Source: Clostridiales bacterium
GTDB taxonomy: Bacteria > Bacillota > Clostridia > Saccharofermentanales > Saccharofermentanaceae
DNA: 64,000 bases
Direction of reading: 5' to 3'
Assembly (NCBI GenBank): GCA_017617295.1
Contig: JAFZWN010000084.1
Coordinates: 7,142-71,141 of the forward strand
Positions 38,601-46,526 of this stretch are shown here, one piece after another. The position numbers and the translations under genes were made by a program. The notes under the pieces were generated by a model. It was not told the DNA's origin, searched no databases, and saw only the letters and a program-made list of their open reading frames with translations. Position 1 is the first letter of the stretch; each line of letters begins with the position of its first letter.

Positions 38601-39164
38601 CGTCTGCTCGATGAGGAGATCAAGCTCCTTAAGGACGAAGGAGACACATCCTATCTTCCGAAGCCCCAGGTCAATCTCGAGATCGACTTCGACTCCTATA
38701 TCCCTTCTAAATACATCGACGACGAAGCCATCAGGATGTCTATCTACAGACGCATCGGCAAGATCTCGTCGCGCCCGGACTACGACGACTTCCTCGACGA
38801 AGTCACCGACAGATACGGCGATCCCCCGAAAGAAGTCGTGTTCCTCGCAGGTGCCGCTCTCGTCAAAGCCCTCGCATCCGATGCCGGCTTCGAGAGGGTC
38901 TGCTTTCGAGATGCCGGAGTACTTCTTTATTTTGCAAATGACCGCAAGATGGATCAGGAAGCGGTGGGACGCCTCCTGAAGACGCCCCGCTTCGCGGGCA
39001 AGATTATGATCTGCGCCCAGGGGAAGCCTTATATCCACTATAAGCCCACCTCGTTAAGCCACGAAAAGACTGTCGGCGAGGTCACCGATCTTTTTGACGT
39101 GCTCCTGAACACTCCCGAAGCTCCTTCCGGATCCGCCAAGGCTGACGGATCAGACGAGAAGTGA
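35628..39164 (+). CDS. mfd: transcription-repair coupling factor
   Basis: 1178 aa. Walker A GDVGFGKTEVA and DEEQRFG box. Superfamily-2 helicase motifs, CarD-like middle domain and TRCF C-terminal domain. Confidence 0.95.
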   Translation: MEGSVSELLRLIENDRGLIDAQDRCERQVSHLNVSGMCEQNKGFLAASLSARKSKLPVIIVPDPARARVFADYIAPFVDGRTVILSPAEMSLVSAVARSRENDSDRAGEISLISSGRFGAAIICASALTNRMISPREWNGFVLHLRTGDRYEPADLITALTGMGYERTGTVSVPGEFSSRGDVIDIYPPDMGKPVRLSFFDDEIDRIATFDPETQRSEDQFTKTEIFPAVEYLWKKEKRGSLAQKIRLSGAGDINAMNASSRTGVGELLNRTVKADAEAMETGSPISGIARWLPIIYDEPSSILDYINTNTCMVFIDEIMECRSRMDAYAADYMARCKNAFETGTAPKCAFESLLPSPEAFKRLDKIGCVTTLSCLPSSGNGLPGGITVKASSASAENWRGRDRELASYVKNKEYKSTVRFLITGTQRTEALRLRLAGEGIAPQIVGRALPSGFDYPGAGLILIGEQDVFGSEKKMSSPKKKTGRLNFFGDVKPGDYVVHDVHGIGQYEGTVNMRMGKSCQDYLKINYAKNAVIYVPVDKLDKLQKYVGPGGKQPKLSSLDSGEWTKAVERARSSIKKLAFDLVKLYAVRRSGKGFSCEPDNEWQKMFEENFPYVETDDQLSAIRDIKKDMESDVPMDRLLCGDVGFGKTEVAFRAMFKCVQNGKQAFMLAPTTLLAQQHYDNFISRVRGFPVKVALLSRFVPPSKIRQSLKEIKDGSVDVVIGTHRILSKDVIPHDLGLLVVDEEQRFGVNHKEQIKAMRSNIDVLTLTATPIPRTLHMSMSGIRDISVLDEAPMNRRPVETYVLEYDEEIVVQACMREISRGGQVFYLYNKTADIDEKASYLGSLMPGVRVVYAHGKMSEHQMEKIVESFILGEADILVCTTIIESGVDMPNVNTMIVEDSDRFGLSQLYQIKGRVGRSDRQAYAYITYDPEKSMNSDAQKRLMAIREFTELGSGVKVALRDLEVRGAGNLLGAEQHGQMEVIGYELYCRLLDEEIKLLKDEGDTSYLPKPQVNLEIDFDSYIPSKYIDDEAIRMSIYRRIGKISSRPDYDDFLDEVTDRYGDPPKEVVFLAGAALVKALASDAGFERVCFRDAGVLLYFANDRKMDQEAVGRLLKTPRFAGKIMICAQGKPYIHYKPTSLSHEKTVGEVTDLFDVLLNTPEAPSGSAKADGSDEK

Positions 39165-39179
39165 TATAATACGCGGGAT

Positions 39180-39254
39180 GCCTCTATAGTTTAATGGATA
39201 GAACAGCAGTTTCCGGTACTGCTGGTACGGGTTCGATTCCTGTTGGAGGCGCCA
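39180..39254 (+). tRNA. tRNA-Arg (anticodon CCG), CCA encoded
   Basis: Hand-folded. Acceptor GCCUCUA/UGGAGGC. D loop AAUGGAUA. Anticodon arm GCAGU-UUCCGGU-ACUGC. T arm ACGGG-UUCGAUU-CCUGU. 75 nt. Confidence 0.88.
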
Positions 39255-39260
39255 ACGTTC

Positions 39261-39326
39261 ACAACCTTGTTTCACATTCAGTCCTCGGCTCTTCGAGCCT
39301 GCGTAAGAAATGTGAAACAAGGTTGT
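39261..39326 (+). repeat. perfect 18-bp inverted repeat (hairpin) immediately 3' of tRNA-Arg
   Basis: ACAACCTTGTTTCACATT (39261-39278) pairs perfectly with AATGTGAAACAAGGTTGT (39309-39326). The 30-nt loop holds a GGCTC-TTC-GAGCC mini-hairpin. Confidence 0.85.
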
Positions 39327-39502
39327 TCTCTTTAGAGAAAAAACCGGTAGTTTGTGCGTGCGTAAGAAGTTTGACACGCCCCATAAAACGAAACAGGTAC
39401 GCGATCAACTTCTTTAGTGTATAATATGACTCGTTCGATCATGGAAGAGCGGCAGATGCTTTCGGACGGATTGGGCAAATCGATTACAGGGAATGATCTT
39501 TT

Positions 39503-40267
39503 ATGGGAAATAAGAAGAACAAGAACTACAAAAAAAAGAAAAAGAAGCAGAAGCAGGTAAATAAGCGCACAAGGAACCTGATCCGCATAGCGGTTGCGGC
39601 GGCTGTGGTGATTATCCTGTGTGTCATTTTCGGATTTAAGCATATAGTCACTTTCGCCCGCGAACAGGCGATCAAGAAGGATCTCAAGGCCGTATATCCT
39701 GACGGTGATATCGTTAAGATAGAGTGCGACATGGAGCCGACCGATGTTGACCGCATCATCGAGAATCTCCATCTTGCTCCCGGAAGCCTCCCGCAGACCG
39801 ATATCTATTACTGCAGGATAATCGATTCCGAGGATCAGAACTGGGTCGGACTGGCGGATAAGGACGGTCATGTTTACTACGATTCGTATGTGAACGGTTA
39901 TTTTGCCGATCAGCTCATCGCTTACTTCAATGAGACCGTTGATCCGGCGGACAACCTTCCCGGACTGGAGTTCGAATATCACGTGTTCACATACGAGAAT
40001 CAGGCGAGATGCCTTCCTACCGGACAGATCCATTCTTTCGCCGAGTATATCGATCCGGATATCGCGGGATGGGGCTCGACACTGGCTCAGGGCTACCCGG
40101 CTCTGTGGGTCGGGGTCAGCGACAACAGCAGGGCGACGCTCGATGCCATCGACGCCTGCTTTGAAGATTCGGATTGTGAAGTGTACATCATTTTCTACGA
40201 GGCCGTGACCGGCGATAACGAGAAGATCTATTCATATTTCCCGTACGAGCAGGAGGCTGACGCTTAA
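39503..40267 (+). CDS. membrane-anchored hypothetical protein with Lys-rich N-terminus
   Basis: 254 aa. Starts MGNKKNKNYKKKKKKQKQVNKRTRN, followed by a TM helix IAVAAAVVIILCVIFGF. Confidence 0.6.
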   Translation: MGNKKNKNYKKKKKKQKQVNKRTRNLIRIAVAAAVVIILCVIFGFKHIVTFAREQAIKKDLKAVYPDGDIVKIECDMEPTDVDRIIENLHLAPGSLPQTDIYYCRIIDSEDQNWVGLADKDGHVYYDSYVNGYFADQLIAYFNETVDPADNLPGLEFEYHVFTYENQARCLPTGQIHSFAEYIDPDIAGWGSTLAQGYPALWVGVSDNSRATLDAIDACFEDSDCEVYIIFYEAVTGDNEKIYSYFPYEQEADA

Positions 40268-40280
40268 TAAGAGGTGAGGC

Positions 40281-40490
40281 ATGGGGCTTTTCGGTTCAAA
40301 GAAAAAGGGATACTGGATAAAGGAAGAGAGGCTTTTCCGATCCGATTCCTATGTCTGCTCCGTCTGTAAAAAGAGGTTTTCCAAAGCGTCGTCGACATGT
40401 CCTTCCTGCGGTGCCGTCATGACAAAGACGAAGAACGATCCCGGGTGGGTGGACGATCTTGAGATGATTGACGCGATATTTGACGACTGA
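40281..40490 (+). CDS. small zinc-ribbon protein
   Basis: 69 aa with CSVC..(10)..CPSC. SD GAGGTGAGG upstream. Confidence 0.55.
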   Translation: MGLFGSKKKGYWIKEERLFRSDSYVCSVCKKRFSKASSTCPSCGAVMTKTKNDPGWVDDLEMIDAIFDD

Positions 40491-40498
40491 GGTTTGAT

Positions 40499-41035
40499 AT
40501 GGCTTTACGAACGGTAATGATCTTTCCGGAATTCGGAGAAAGGTCGGAAGTGATCGATACTATAAGGGACAGATACGACCCGCTGGCCGGTCTCGTGAGG
40601 CCGCATATCACGGTCGTGTTCCCTTTCGATTCGCCCATGAGCGACGATGAACTTTCCCGTATCCTTGATGAGAGGCTTCGAGATGTCAGACCTTTCGATG
40701 TACTCTTGAAAGGCTTTTCCAAAAGCACGGATCCCTCCGGCAATTATCTGTTCCTCGATGTCTTGAAGGGTAAGGAAGACATCATCTCGCTTCACGAGCT
40801 TTTTTATGCAAACGAATTCCGCGAGTTCTATCAGCTACTTCCTTTTTCGGGGATCTCTTTTGTGCCTCATGTGACGGTCGGCAAGGTCGGATCCTTAAAG
40901 GAACTCGATGCTGCCTACGATGACATAAAGGATATCGATCTTGAATACGGGTTTAAAGTAAAAAAGATATCCGTCGAGATGATAGGACCGAACGAGGAAT
41001 CGATAATAATCATCGAAAAGGAACTCGGAGAATAA
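40499..41035 (+). CDS. 2H phosphoesterase superfamily protein (LigT / 2'-5' RNA ligase-like)
   Basis: 178 aa with the two H-x-T-x motifs HITVVF and HVTVGK at the expected spacing. Confidence 0.75.
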   Translation: MALRTVMIFPEFGERSEVIDTIRDRYDPLAGLVRPHITVVFPFDSPMSDDELSRILDERLRDVRPFDVLLKGFSKSTDPSGNYLFLDVLKGKEDIISLHELFYANEFREFYQLLPFSGISFVPHVTVGKVGSLKELDAAYDDIKDIDLEYGFKVKKISVEMIGPNEESIIIIEKELGE

Positions 41036-41053
41036 AGAAGGAGGGACAACGGA

Positions 41054-41611
41054 ATGCTTCAAAAGACATATACGGAGACGATAGAGACAGACCGCCTGAT
41101 CCTACGGAGATTTCAGAGGAGCGACTGCAAGTCGGCATGGAGAAACTGGGCATCCCTTCCCGAAGTTCAGCTTAATTACGGAGAGCCGGTCTATGAGACG
41201 GCTGAGGATACGATGAAGCTGCTCGACAGTTATATCAGAAGATACGGCAATGAGAATTATTACCGCTGGGCCGTTATCGAAAAGGAGTCGGGAGAGTGTA
41301 TCGGACTGATCGCATATTTCCTGGTGGAAGCGGGAAACGAATTCGGCGAGATCGAATACTGCATAGGGACTGCTTTTCAGGGCAGAGGCTATGCGACCGA
41401 AGCCTGCCGCGCCGTGATAAGATACGGCTTTGAGACCATAGGTTTTCATAAGGTTCAGATCTGTTCGCGCGTGACCAACGTGAGATCCCAGAGGGTCATC
41501 GCCAAATGCGGATTTACATATGAAGGGACGTTGCGCGATTATTTCCATATGCCTGACGGAAGCTTCGAGGGCAGGATGTACTTTTCCATCCTGAAAGACG
41601 AGTTCAGATAA
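41054..41611 (+). CDS. GNAT family N-acetyltransferase (RimJ/RimL-like)
   Basis: 185 aa. Starts ..TDRLILRRF. Acetyl-CoA loop FQGRGYATEA. SD GAAGGAGGG upstream. Confidence 0.8.
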   Translation: MLQKTYTETIETDRLILRRFQRSDCKSAWRNWASLPEVQLNYGEPVYETAEDTMKLLDSYIRRYGNENYYRWAVIEKESGECIGLIAYFLVEAGNEFGEIEYCIGTAFQGRGYATEACRAVIRYGFETIGFHKVQICSRVTNVRSQRVIAKCGFTYEGTLRDYFHMPDGSFEGRMYFSILKDEFR

Positions 41612-41859
41612 ACGCTGTTTTCTTATCACGCAAAATATCGCAAAAACACGGTCCTTTTTGTGATATTTTGCGATAATCTCGCAGATTATAACAAATACAG
41701 GCTGATTGTTGTGATAGTTTGCGTGATAATCTTTTTTGGTATGTGATCCTGTTTTTCTAACGGATGCAACAGGGCGTGTCCTTTTTGCCACTTCCGGTTA
41801 ATGGAATTTACTCCCGCGATATATTATCATCAGTTCATAAGATGAACGGAGGGTCTGTC

Positions 41860-42534
41860 ATGATATTTCCCGATAAGCTGAGAGCACTTCGAAAGAGTAA
41901 AGGTTATACGCAGGAGGAACTGGCGGAGAGGCTCGGTCTGTCAAGGCAGGCGATCGCCAAATACGAGTCGGGGCAGGGATATCCCGATATAGGAAATCTC
42001 ATCGGCATGAGCGAGCTGTTTAACGTGACGGTCGACTGGCTGGTCAAGGACGGCGACTGCGAAGCCGGAGCTTCTGCTGAGGAACTGCCACAGGACCTCT
42101 CCGAGCTGATCGGATTCAGGCTCCTGGCCAACCGTAATACCTATGCGGGTTTTTCAAATGAGACGGATCCGTCGCGCCCGGACTCGCACGACTTCCGTTT
42201 TGATCAGGGCGATTATACTTATATCGATACTTATCTCGGCGGCGAGAGATTCGCGGGCGAAGAGGCCGTGTGGAAGAACGGCAAAGCAGTATATGCGATG
42301 AACTACGCCGGACGTGTTCTCGATCAGAGATTCAGCGGCAACTTTTTAAAGGCGGCGCTTCGTGCGGCCGACCCGAAGATGCCCTACAGAGGACCGTCGC
42401 ATTTTACCGACGGCGAATACACATATACCGCGACCGTCGAAGGCGACATCACCTGGTTTCAGGGATATGAAGAGATCAGCTGCAGGAGCGATAAAGTGTA
42501 TGAATGTTATTTCCACGGAGGGCTGGTGAAGTAA
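41860..42534 (+). CDS. XRE-family HTH protein with C-terminal domain of unknown function
   Basis: HTH LRKSKGYTQEELAERLGLSRQAIAKYESG. GGAGGG lies 7 nt upstream of ATG 41860, while the track start 41764 lacks an SD. Confidence 0.75.
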   Translation: MIFPDKLRALRKSKGYTQEELAERLGLSRQAIAKYESGQGYPDIGNLIGMSELFNVTVDWLVKDGDCEAGASAEELPQDLSELIGFRLLANRNTYAGFSNETDPSRPDSHDFRFDQGDYTYIDTYLGGERFAGEEAVWKNGKAVYAMNYAGRVLDQRFSGNFLKAALRAADPKMPYRGPSHFTDGEYTYTATVEGDITWFQGYEEISCRSDKVYECYFHGGLVK

Positions 42535-42625
42535 GCCCTCCGTCTGGAGACGGTCTTACGGGGCGTCACCCCTGCCGACGGTTACTTCCAGGGGCGGCCT
42601 TTCGGGACGTCACTTGTGGCGCTGG

Positions 42626-43315
42626 TTACTTCCAGGGGCGGCCTTTGCCGAGCCAGCCGTTCTCCTGCCAGTATTCCTTTTCCTTCGGTGAGGAGCCCAT
42701 ATCCTTGCTCTGCATCAGGCGCATGGCCGAGAAGCAAGCTTTCGTTTTGATCCCGACATGAACATTGCTTCCGGAGATCTTTTTTGCCATCCGGTCGACG
42801 TCTTTACCGATCTTCTCCTTTTGGGCGGGAGCGACCGTTTCCCAGTTCATGGCATGAACTGCGTATCCCATTTTCCTTATATACGGAACGCCCCACCAAA
42901 AGAGCGAATCCTTTATGTCCTTGATGGCACTTCCCGTTCCCGCGCCTGACGCCGTCGATATTATGACAGCCTTCTTCGAGAACATCTCACGGCGCGGACG
43001 GTGGACCATCCAATAAGTGAATGCCAGATCCAAAAATGACTTCATTCCGGCACTTGCATGCATGCAGTATGTGGGCGTCGTGAATATCAGAAGATCGGCG
43101 CCGGTCACGGAGTCCAGGATCTTTTTCTTTTCCGCATAAAAAGGGCAGCGGCTCTCGTCTTCGATACACGAGTAGCATCCGAGACAGAAATGCTCGAGAT
43201 CGCGCGGAAGGAAGAATTCCTCTATGTCTGCTCCGTCGAACTTCTCCGCGAGCATCCTGCCGATCGTATATGAACTTCCCTTGTGGTTCTGTCCGTGAAC
43301 AAGTGTTATCTTCAT
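42626..43315 (-). CDS. flavodoxin-like / NAD(P)H-dependent FMN reductase family protein
   Basis: Starts MKITLVHGQNHKGSSY at 43315, which forms an ATGA overlap with the TetR stop. The track start at 43408 lies inside the TetR gene. Cys motif CLGCYSC. Confidence 0.75.
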   Translation of the reverse strand: MKITLVHGQNHKGSSYTIGRMLAEKFDGADIEEFFLPRDLEHFCLGCYSCIEDESRCPFYAEKKKILDSVTGADLLIFTTPTYCMHASAGMKSFLDLAFTYWMVHRPRREMFSKKAVIISTASGAGTGSAIKDIKDSLFWWGVPYIRKMGYAVHAMNWETVAPAQKEKIGKDVDRMAKKISGSNVHVGIKTKACFSAMRLMQSKDMGSSPKEKEYWQENGWLGKGRPWK

Positions 43316-43935
43316 CTGTTTATCCTCCCGTATTCCGCCGCGAAAGCGCGTATGTGTGAATCCATTATCTCCAGTGCCTTTTTCTCGTGATCCGGGTTCC
43401 TGTCGCATTCCGTAAGGAGCATATATATGGGCGAGTAGAATTCCACCGCCATCAGCTGAGGGTCGCCTTCCTTAAAGCTTCCGAGCGATATCAGCGTCTG
43501 AAAGATCTGTGCCTGATAGCTGATCGGACCATCGTATAACAGTGCGGAATAAAGCTTCGCCATATCCTTGTCCTTAAACTGCTCGAGAGTGAGCATTTTC
43601 CGGAACTTTGACATGTGATCGTCGTGCAGAAAGAACAGGAAAAGGCCTGTGCCGATCTCGCAGAGAAAGTCTTCGGAGATGTCCTTATATATCGAAGCGT
43701 CTTTGCTATAGTCCTCGCCGCTGATGCCGATCCCCAACGCCGTCTTGAGATATCTCCCGGACATCTCTGCCTTGATCGCTTCGAAGATCTCCTTTTTCCC
43801 CTTAAAATGCTTATAAAGCGACGGTGCCTTGATCCCGACGGCTTCAGCTATCTCGCCGACATAAACGTCACCGTATCCTTTCTGAGCGAAAAGCGTCAGC
43901 GCCTCGTCCAGTATCCTCTGCTTTGTATCTGACAT
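43312..43935 (-). CDS. TetR/AcrR family transcriptional regulator
   Basis: 207 aa with the N-terminal HTH ILDEALTLFAQKGYGDVYVGEIAEAVGIKAPSLYKHF. Confidence 0.9.
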   Translation of the reverse strand: MSDTKQRILDEALTLFAQKGYGDVYVGEIAEAVGIKAPSLYKHFKGKKEIFEAIKAEMSGRYLKTALGIGISGEDYSKDASIYKDISEDFLCEIGTGLFLFFLHDDHMSKFRKMLTLEQFKDKDMAKLYSALLYDGPISYQAQIFQTLISLGSFKEGDPQLMAVEFYSPIYMLLTECDRNPDHEKKALEIMDSHIRAFAAEYGRINR

Positions 43936-44020
43936 GGCCGTTCCTTTCCGTGTGGTCTTGTGGTGTCAACAGGCGGACCGCTCTTTGTTCCGTACAGTCT
44001 CTGTTGACTTTTTCTGTGCG

Positions 44021-44068
44021 GCTAATTTTGATTAGCCCGATTATAGGCTAATTTGGATTAGCTGTCAA
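44021..44068 (-). promoter_or_regulatory. consensus sigma-A promoter with two TetR-type palindromic operators
   Basis: Minus strand: TTGACA (44068-44063), 17-nt spacer, TATAAT (44045-44040). GCTAATTTGGATTAGC (44047-44062) fills the spacer. GCTAATTTTGATTAGC (44021-44036) lies just downstream of the -10. Confidence 0.85.
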
Positions 44069-44082
44069 GCGTGAGAAAAAGA

Positions 44083-44447
44083 TGTACCACGTTTTGCTGA
44101 AAAATAGTGGTTTATATGGTACAGGTATATGGTACATTCGGGCAGATGTACCATATTTTTGCGTTGAACTGCGGATCATATGGTACCGGTATATGGTACA
44201 CGCGGTTGGGAATACTTAACGAGACTTGTCTTTCAGATGTACCACTAAAACCTCAAAAACACCGATCTCTCAGGTACCAACCTCTGGTACATCCGGGCAT
44301 TTGTACCACTAAAATGCCGAAAACACCGATTCCGCTGGTACCAACCTCTGGTACATCCGAAAGACTCCTCGATAATACAAGCTGCATCAATCAGCCTCAT
44401 ACTACTCACCACTCTGGTACATCCGAAAGACTCCTCGAAAATACAAG
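44083..44447. repeat. array of four 54-nt units bounded by TGTACCA...TGGTACA, plus a duplicated 36-nt tail
   Basis: Units are 44083-44136, 44147-44200, 44238-44291 and 44302-44355, each exactly 54 nt. Pairs 1/2 and 3/4 are 64 nt apart. The tail CTCTGGTACATCCGAAAGACTCCTCGA.AATACAAG occurs at 44346-44381 and 44412-44447. Confidence 0.9.
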
Positions 44448-44488
44448 GGGAAAAAGCTGACCGCAACGGCTGCGAAAAATAGTAACGA

Positions 44489-44514
44489 CAAAAAAGCGCC
44501 TGCAAAAAGGCGCT
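44489..44514 (-). terminator. intrinsic terminator of the Na/Pi cotransporter gene
   Basis: Minus strand: AGCGCC-TTTTTGCA-GGCGCT followed by TTTTTTG. Confidence 0.75.
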
Positions 44515-44562
44515 TAACACTGTTACGAACACCGCAGCTTCAGGCGCTTTCGGCGAAAAAGA

Positions 44563-46338
44563 TCACTTCGCGGCTTTGGACTCGGCGAGCATGTATTTCT
44601 TGAGATAATGCTCGTATTTCATCTCGCTGGCGTGGTCCTTACGCTGCTTGAAGTCGTGCATGTATGTCGAACTGTTGCCTGTATTGAGATGAGTGGAACG
44701 GTAGGCGATGGCCACGATGTTCATGCTGTGATCGGCGATCCTGCCGCAGCTGTAGAGGATGTCGTTGAAGACGAAGCCCTGCTCGGCTGTGCACGTGCCT
44801 TCGGCGAGCCTCTCGACGTGGGAAGCCTTGAAAGCGTCACACATCTCGCTTATTACTATCCTAAGGGGGCCGACCTCGTCTGCTTTGTCCGCTTTATCGG
44901 AGAGATAGCAGTCGAGAGATAGGGTATATACTTCGCGGACGGCGTTTATTATCCTGTTGAGCTCATCCTGCGCGCCTTCGGAGAACGAGAGCTGCTTGGT
45001 CTCAAGCTCCTCGGCGGAGTTGGCCATGTAATTGGCGTGGTCAGCGATCCTCTCGATCTCTCCTATGGCCTGGAGCATCTTCGATGACTTGTTCTTGTCG
45101 ACGGAAGACAGGTGGTGAGTGGTCGTAAGGGTCATGAGATATGAACCGATATGGTCCTCGTATCCGTCGACCAGCTCCTCGTTCTTCTTTATGAAGTTAT
45201 AGTCTTCCTCGTTATAGCCGTTCAGGAGCATCATGGTGGCCTTATCAAGGCCTTCACGCGCCTTGGTGATCATCTTGGTGACTGAATTGGAACACTCGGC
45301 GACGGCGATAGGGGGAGTGAGCATGAGACGTTCGTCGAGCTTGAACTCCTGCTCCTCGTCCGTTTCCTTTACGATAAGGTGCGCGATCTTTACGAGGACC
45401 TTGCTGAAAGGGAAGAGGAGGATCGTATTTACTATGTTGAATATCGAGTGGTAGGCGGCGATGCCGACGATACCGATGGTCTTATCCAAAAAGGAGAAAT
45501 GGAAGATCGCGTTCCCGCCGTAGAAAAGAACGAGCCAGATAAGAGTACCGACGAGCTTGATCGTAACATGGATAACGGTAACTCTCTTGGCATCGCGGTT
45601 AACGCCGATGGATGAGAGTATGGCGGTCATGCAGGTACCTATGTTCGCACCCATGATGATCGGGATTGCCATGCCGTATGTGAGGCTTCCCGTGAGCGAG
45701 AGCGACTGCAGGATACCGATCGCGGCGGCGGAACTCTGGATGATGCCCGTTATGATCATTCCGGCGAGAACACCGAGGATCGGGTTTTTGAATGCCGTCA
45801 GGATGTTCGTGAAGCTGTCCATCTCGCGGAGCGGAGCCATCGAGCCGGACATAAGCGTCATGCCTTCCATCAGGATCGCGAATCCGATGAGCATATTGCC
45901 GATATCCTTTTTTCTCTGCTGCTTGGCAGTCATTATGAGGATGATACCGATCAGAGCGAAGATCAGTGAGAAACATGTGGGCTGAAGTAGTCTCAGTATA
46001 AAATTGTCGCTGCTGCTGATACCTGACAGCGAGAGTATCCATGCGGTCAGTGTCGTTCCGATATCCGAGCCGAAGATGACGCCGACCGTCTGCGACAGTT
46101 CCATGATGCCGGAGTTAACAAAACCGACGAGCATGACCGTCATCGCGGATGACGACTGGATGGCGATCGTAATGACCGATCCTATGAGAAGTCCCTTGAA
46201 GTTATTATCGGTTGCTTTCTTGAGAAGTTTCTCGAGCTTGCCGCCCGCCGTCTTTTTAAGTGAATCCGAGAGTACACTCATTCCGTAGAGGAAGAATGCG
46301 AGTCCGCCGAAAAGCGTAACAAACGAAAAAATATCCAT
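44563..46338 (-). CDS. Na+/phosphate cotransporter family protein with PhoU-like C-terminal domain
   Basis: 591 aa. Starts MDIFSFVTLFGGLAFFLYGM. Multiple TM helices with duplicated QSSSA motifs. Cytoplasmic helical PhoU-like tail. Confidence 0.85.
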   Translation of the reverse strand: MDIFSFVTLFGGLAFFLYGMSVLSDSLKKTAGGKLEKLLKKATDNNFKGLLIGSVITIAIQSSSAMTVMLVGFVNSGIMELSQTVGVIFGSDIGTTLTAWILSLSGISSSDNFILRLLQPTCFSLIFALIGIILIMTAKQQRKKDIGNMLIGFAILMEGMTLMSGSMAPLREMDSFTNILTAFKNPILGVLAGMIITGIIQSSAAAIGILQSLSLTGSLTYGMAIPIIMGANIGTCMTAILSSIGVNRDAKRVTVIHVTIKLVGTLIWLVLFYGGNAIFHFSFLDKTIGIVGIAAYHSIFNIVNTILLFPFSKVLVKIAHLIVKETDEEQEFKLDERLMLTPPIAVAECSNSVTKMITKAREGLDKATMMLLNGYNEEDYNFIKKNEELVDGYEDHIGSYLMTLTTTHHLSSVDKNKSSKMLQAIGEIERIADHANYMANSAEELETKQLSFSEGAQDELNRIINAVREVYTLSLDCYLSDKADKADEVGPLRIVISEMCDAFKASHVERLAEGTCTAEQGFVFNDILYSCGRIADHSMNIVAIAYRSTHLNTGNSSTYMHDFKQRKDHASEMKYEHYLKKYMLAESKAAK

Positions 46339-46486
46339 ATATATCTATCACCTCACGAAGATGTAATGTTCTGCGATAGCTTTCGCCTAATTTTATTATT
46401 ATATATAGCAAATGTAAACCCGGTTTTTCGCTGCGTTTACAATATATAGATGACGGTCTATATATCCAAAAGCCTCGTAATACGTA

Positions 46487-46517
46487 CAAAAACGGCCCCG
46501 CCGTGAGTGGCGGGACC
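46487..46517 (-). terminator. intrinsic terminator after rtcB
   Basis: Minus strand: GGTCCCGCC-ACTCAC-GGCGGGGCC followed by GTTTTTG, 10 nt after the rtcB stop. Confidence 0.8.
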
Positions 46518-46526
46518 GCGATGGTG

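Noticed and set aside
37416-39038. 540-aa ORF antisense to mfd. Similar long antisense ORFs occur at 8182-9276, 46797-48260, 51419-52960, 1823-2956, 55250-56038, 60151-61209, 13645-14301, 15571-16308 and 29903-30616.
   Set aside because: Each lies opposite a gene with strong motif support. They have Arg/Leu/Asp/Val-rich junk composition and lack SD sequences. One (51419-52960) even spans two sense genes. They are stop-codon-poor antisense frames caused by the codon bias of the sense genes.
39255-41611. Genomic island integrated at tRNA-Arg.
   Set aside because: There is no integrase or recombinase, no duplicated tRNA 3' segment, and no clear compositional break. Only a hairpin and small orphan genes are present.
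44083-44447. CRISPR-like reading of the 64-66-nt periodicity.
   Set aside because: The would-be spacers are themselves conserved between units. The repeats are bounded by inverted heptamers rather than being a constant 28-37-nt repeat. There are only about 4 units, and no cas genes or leader are present.
44107-44532. Track ORFs 44107-44460 (+) and 44245-44532 (-) covering the GGTAC repeat array.
   Set aside because: Their internally repeated peptides (..SGTSERLL.NT..) merely translate the DNA repeats. Neither has an SD, both strands are open, and the region is better explained as non-coding repeats.
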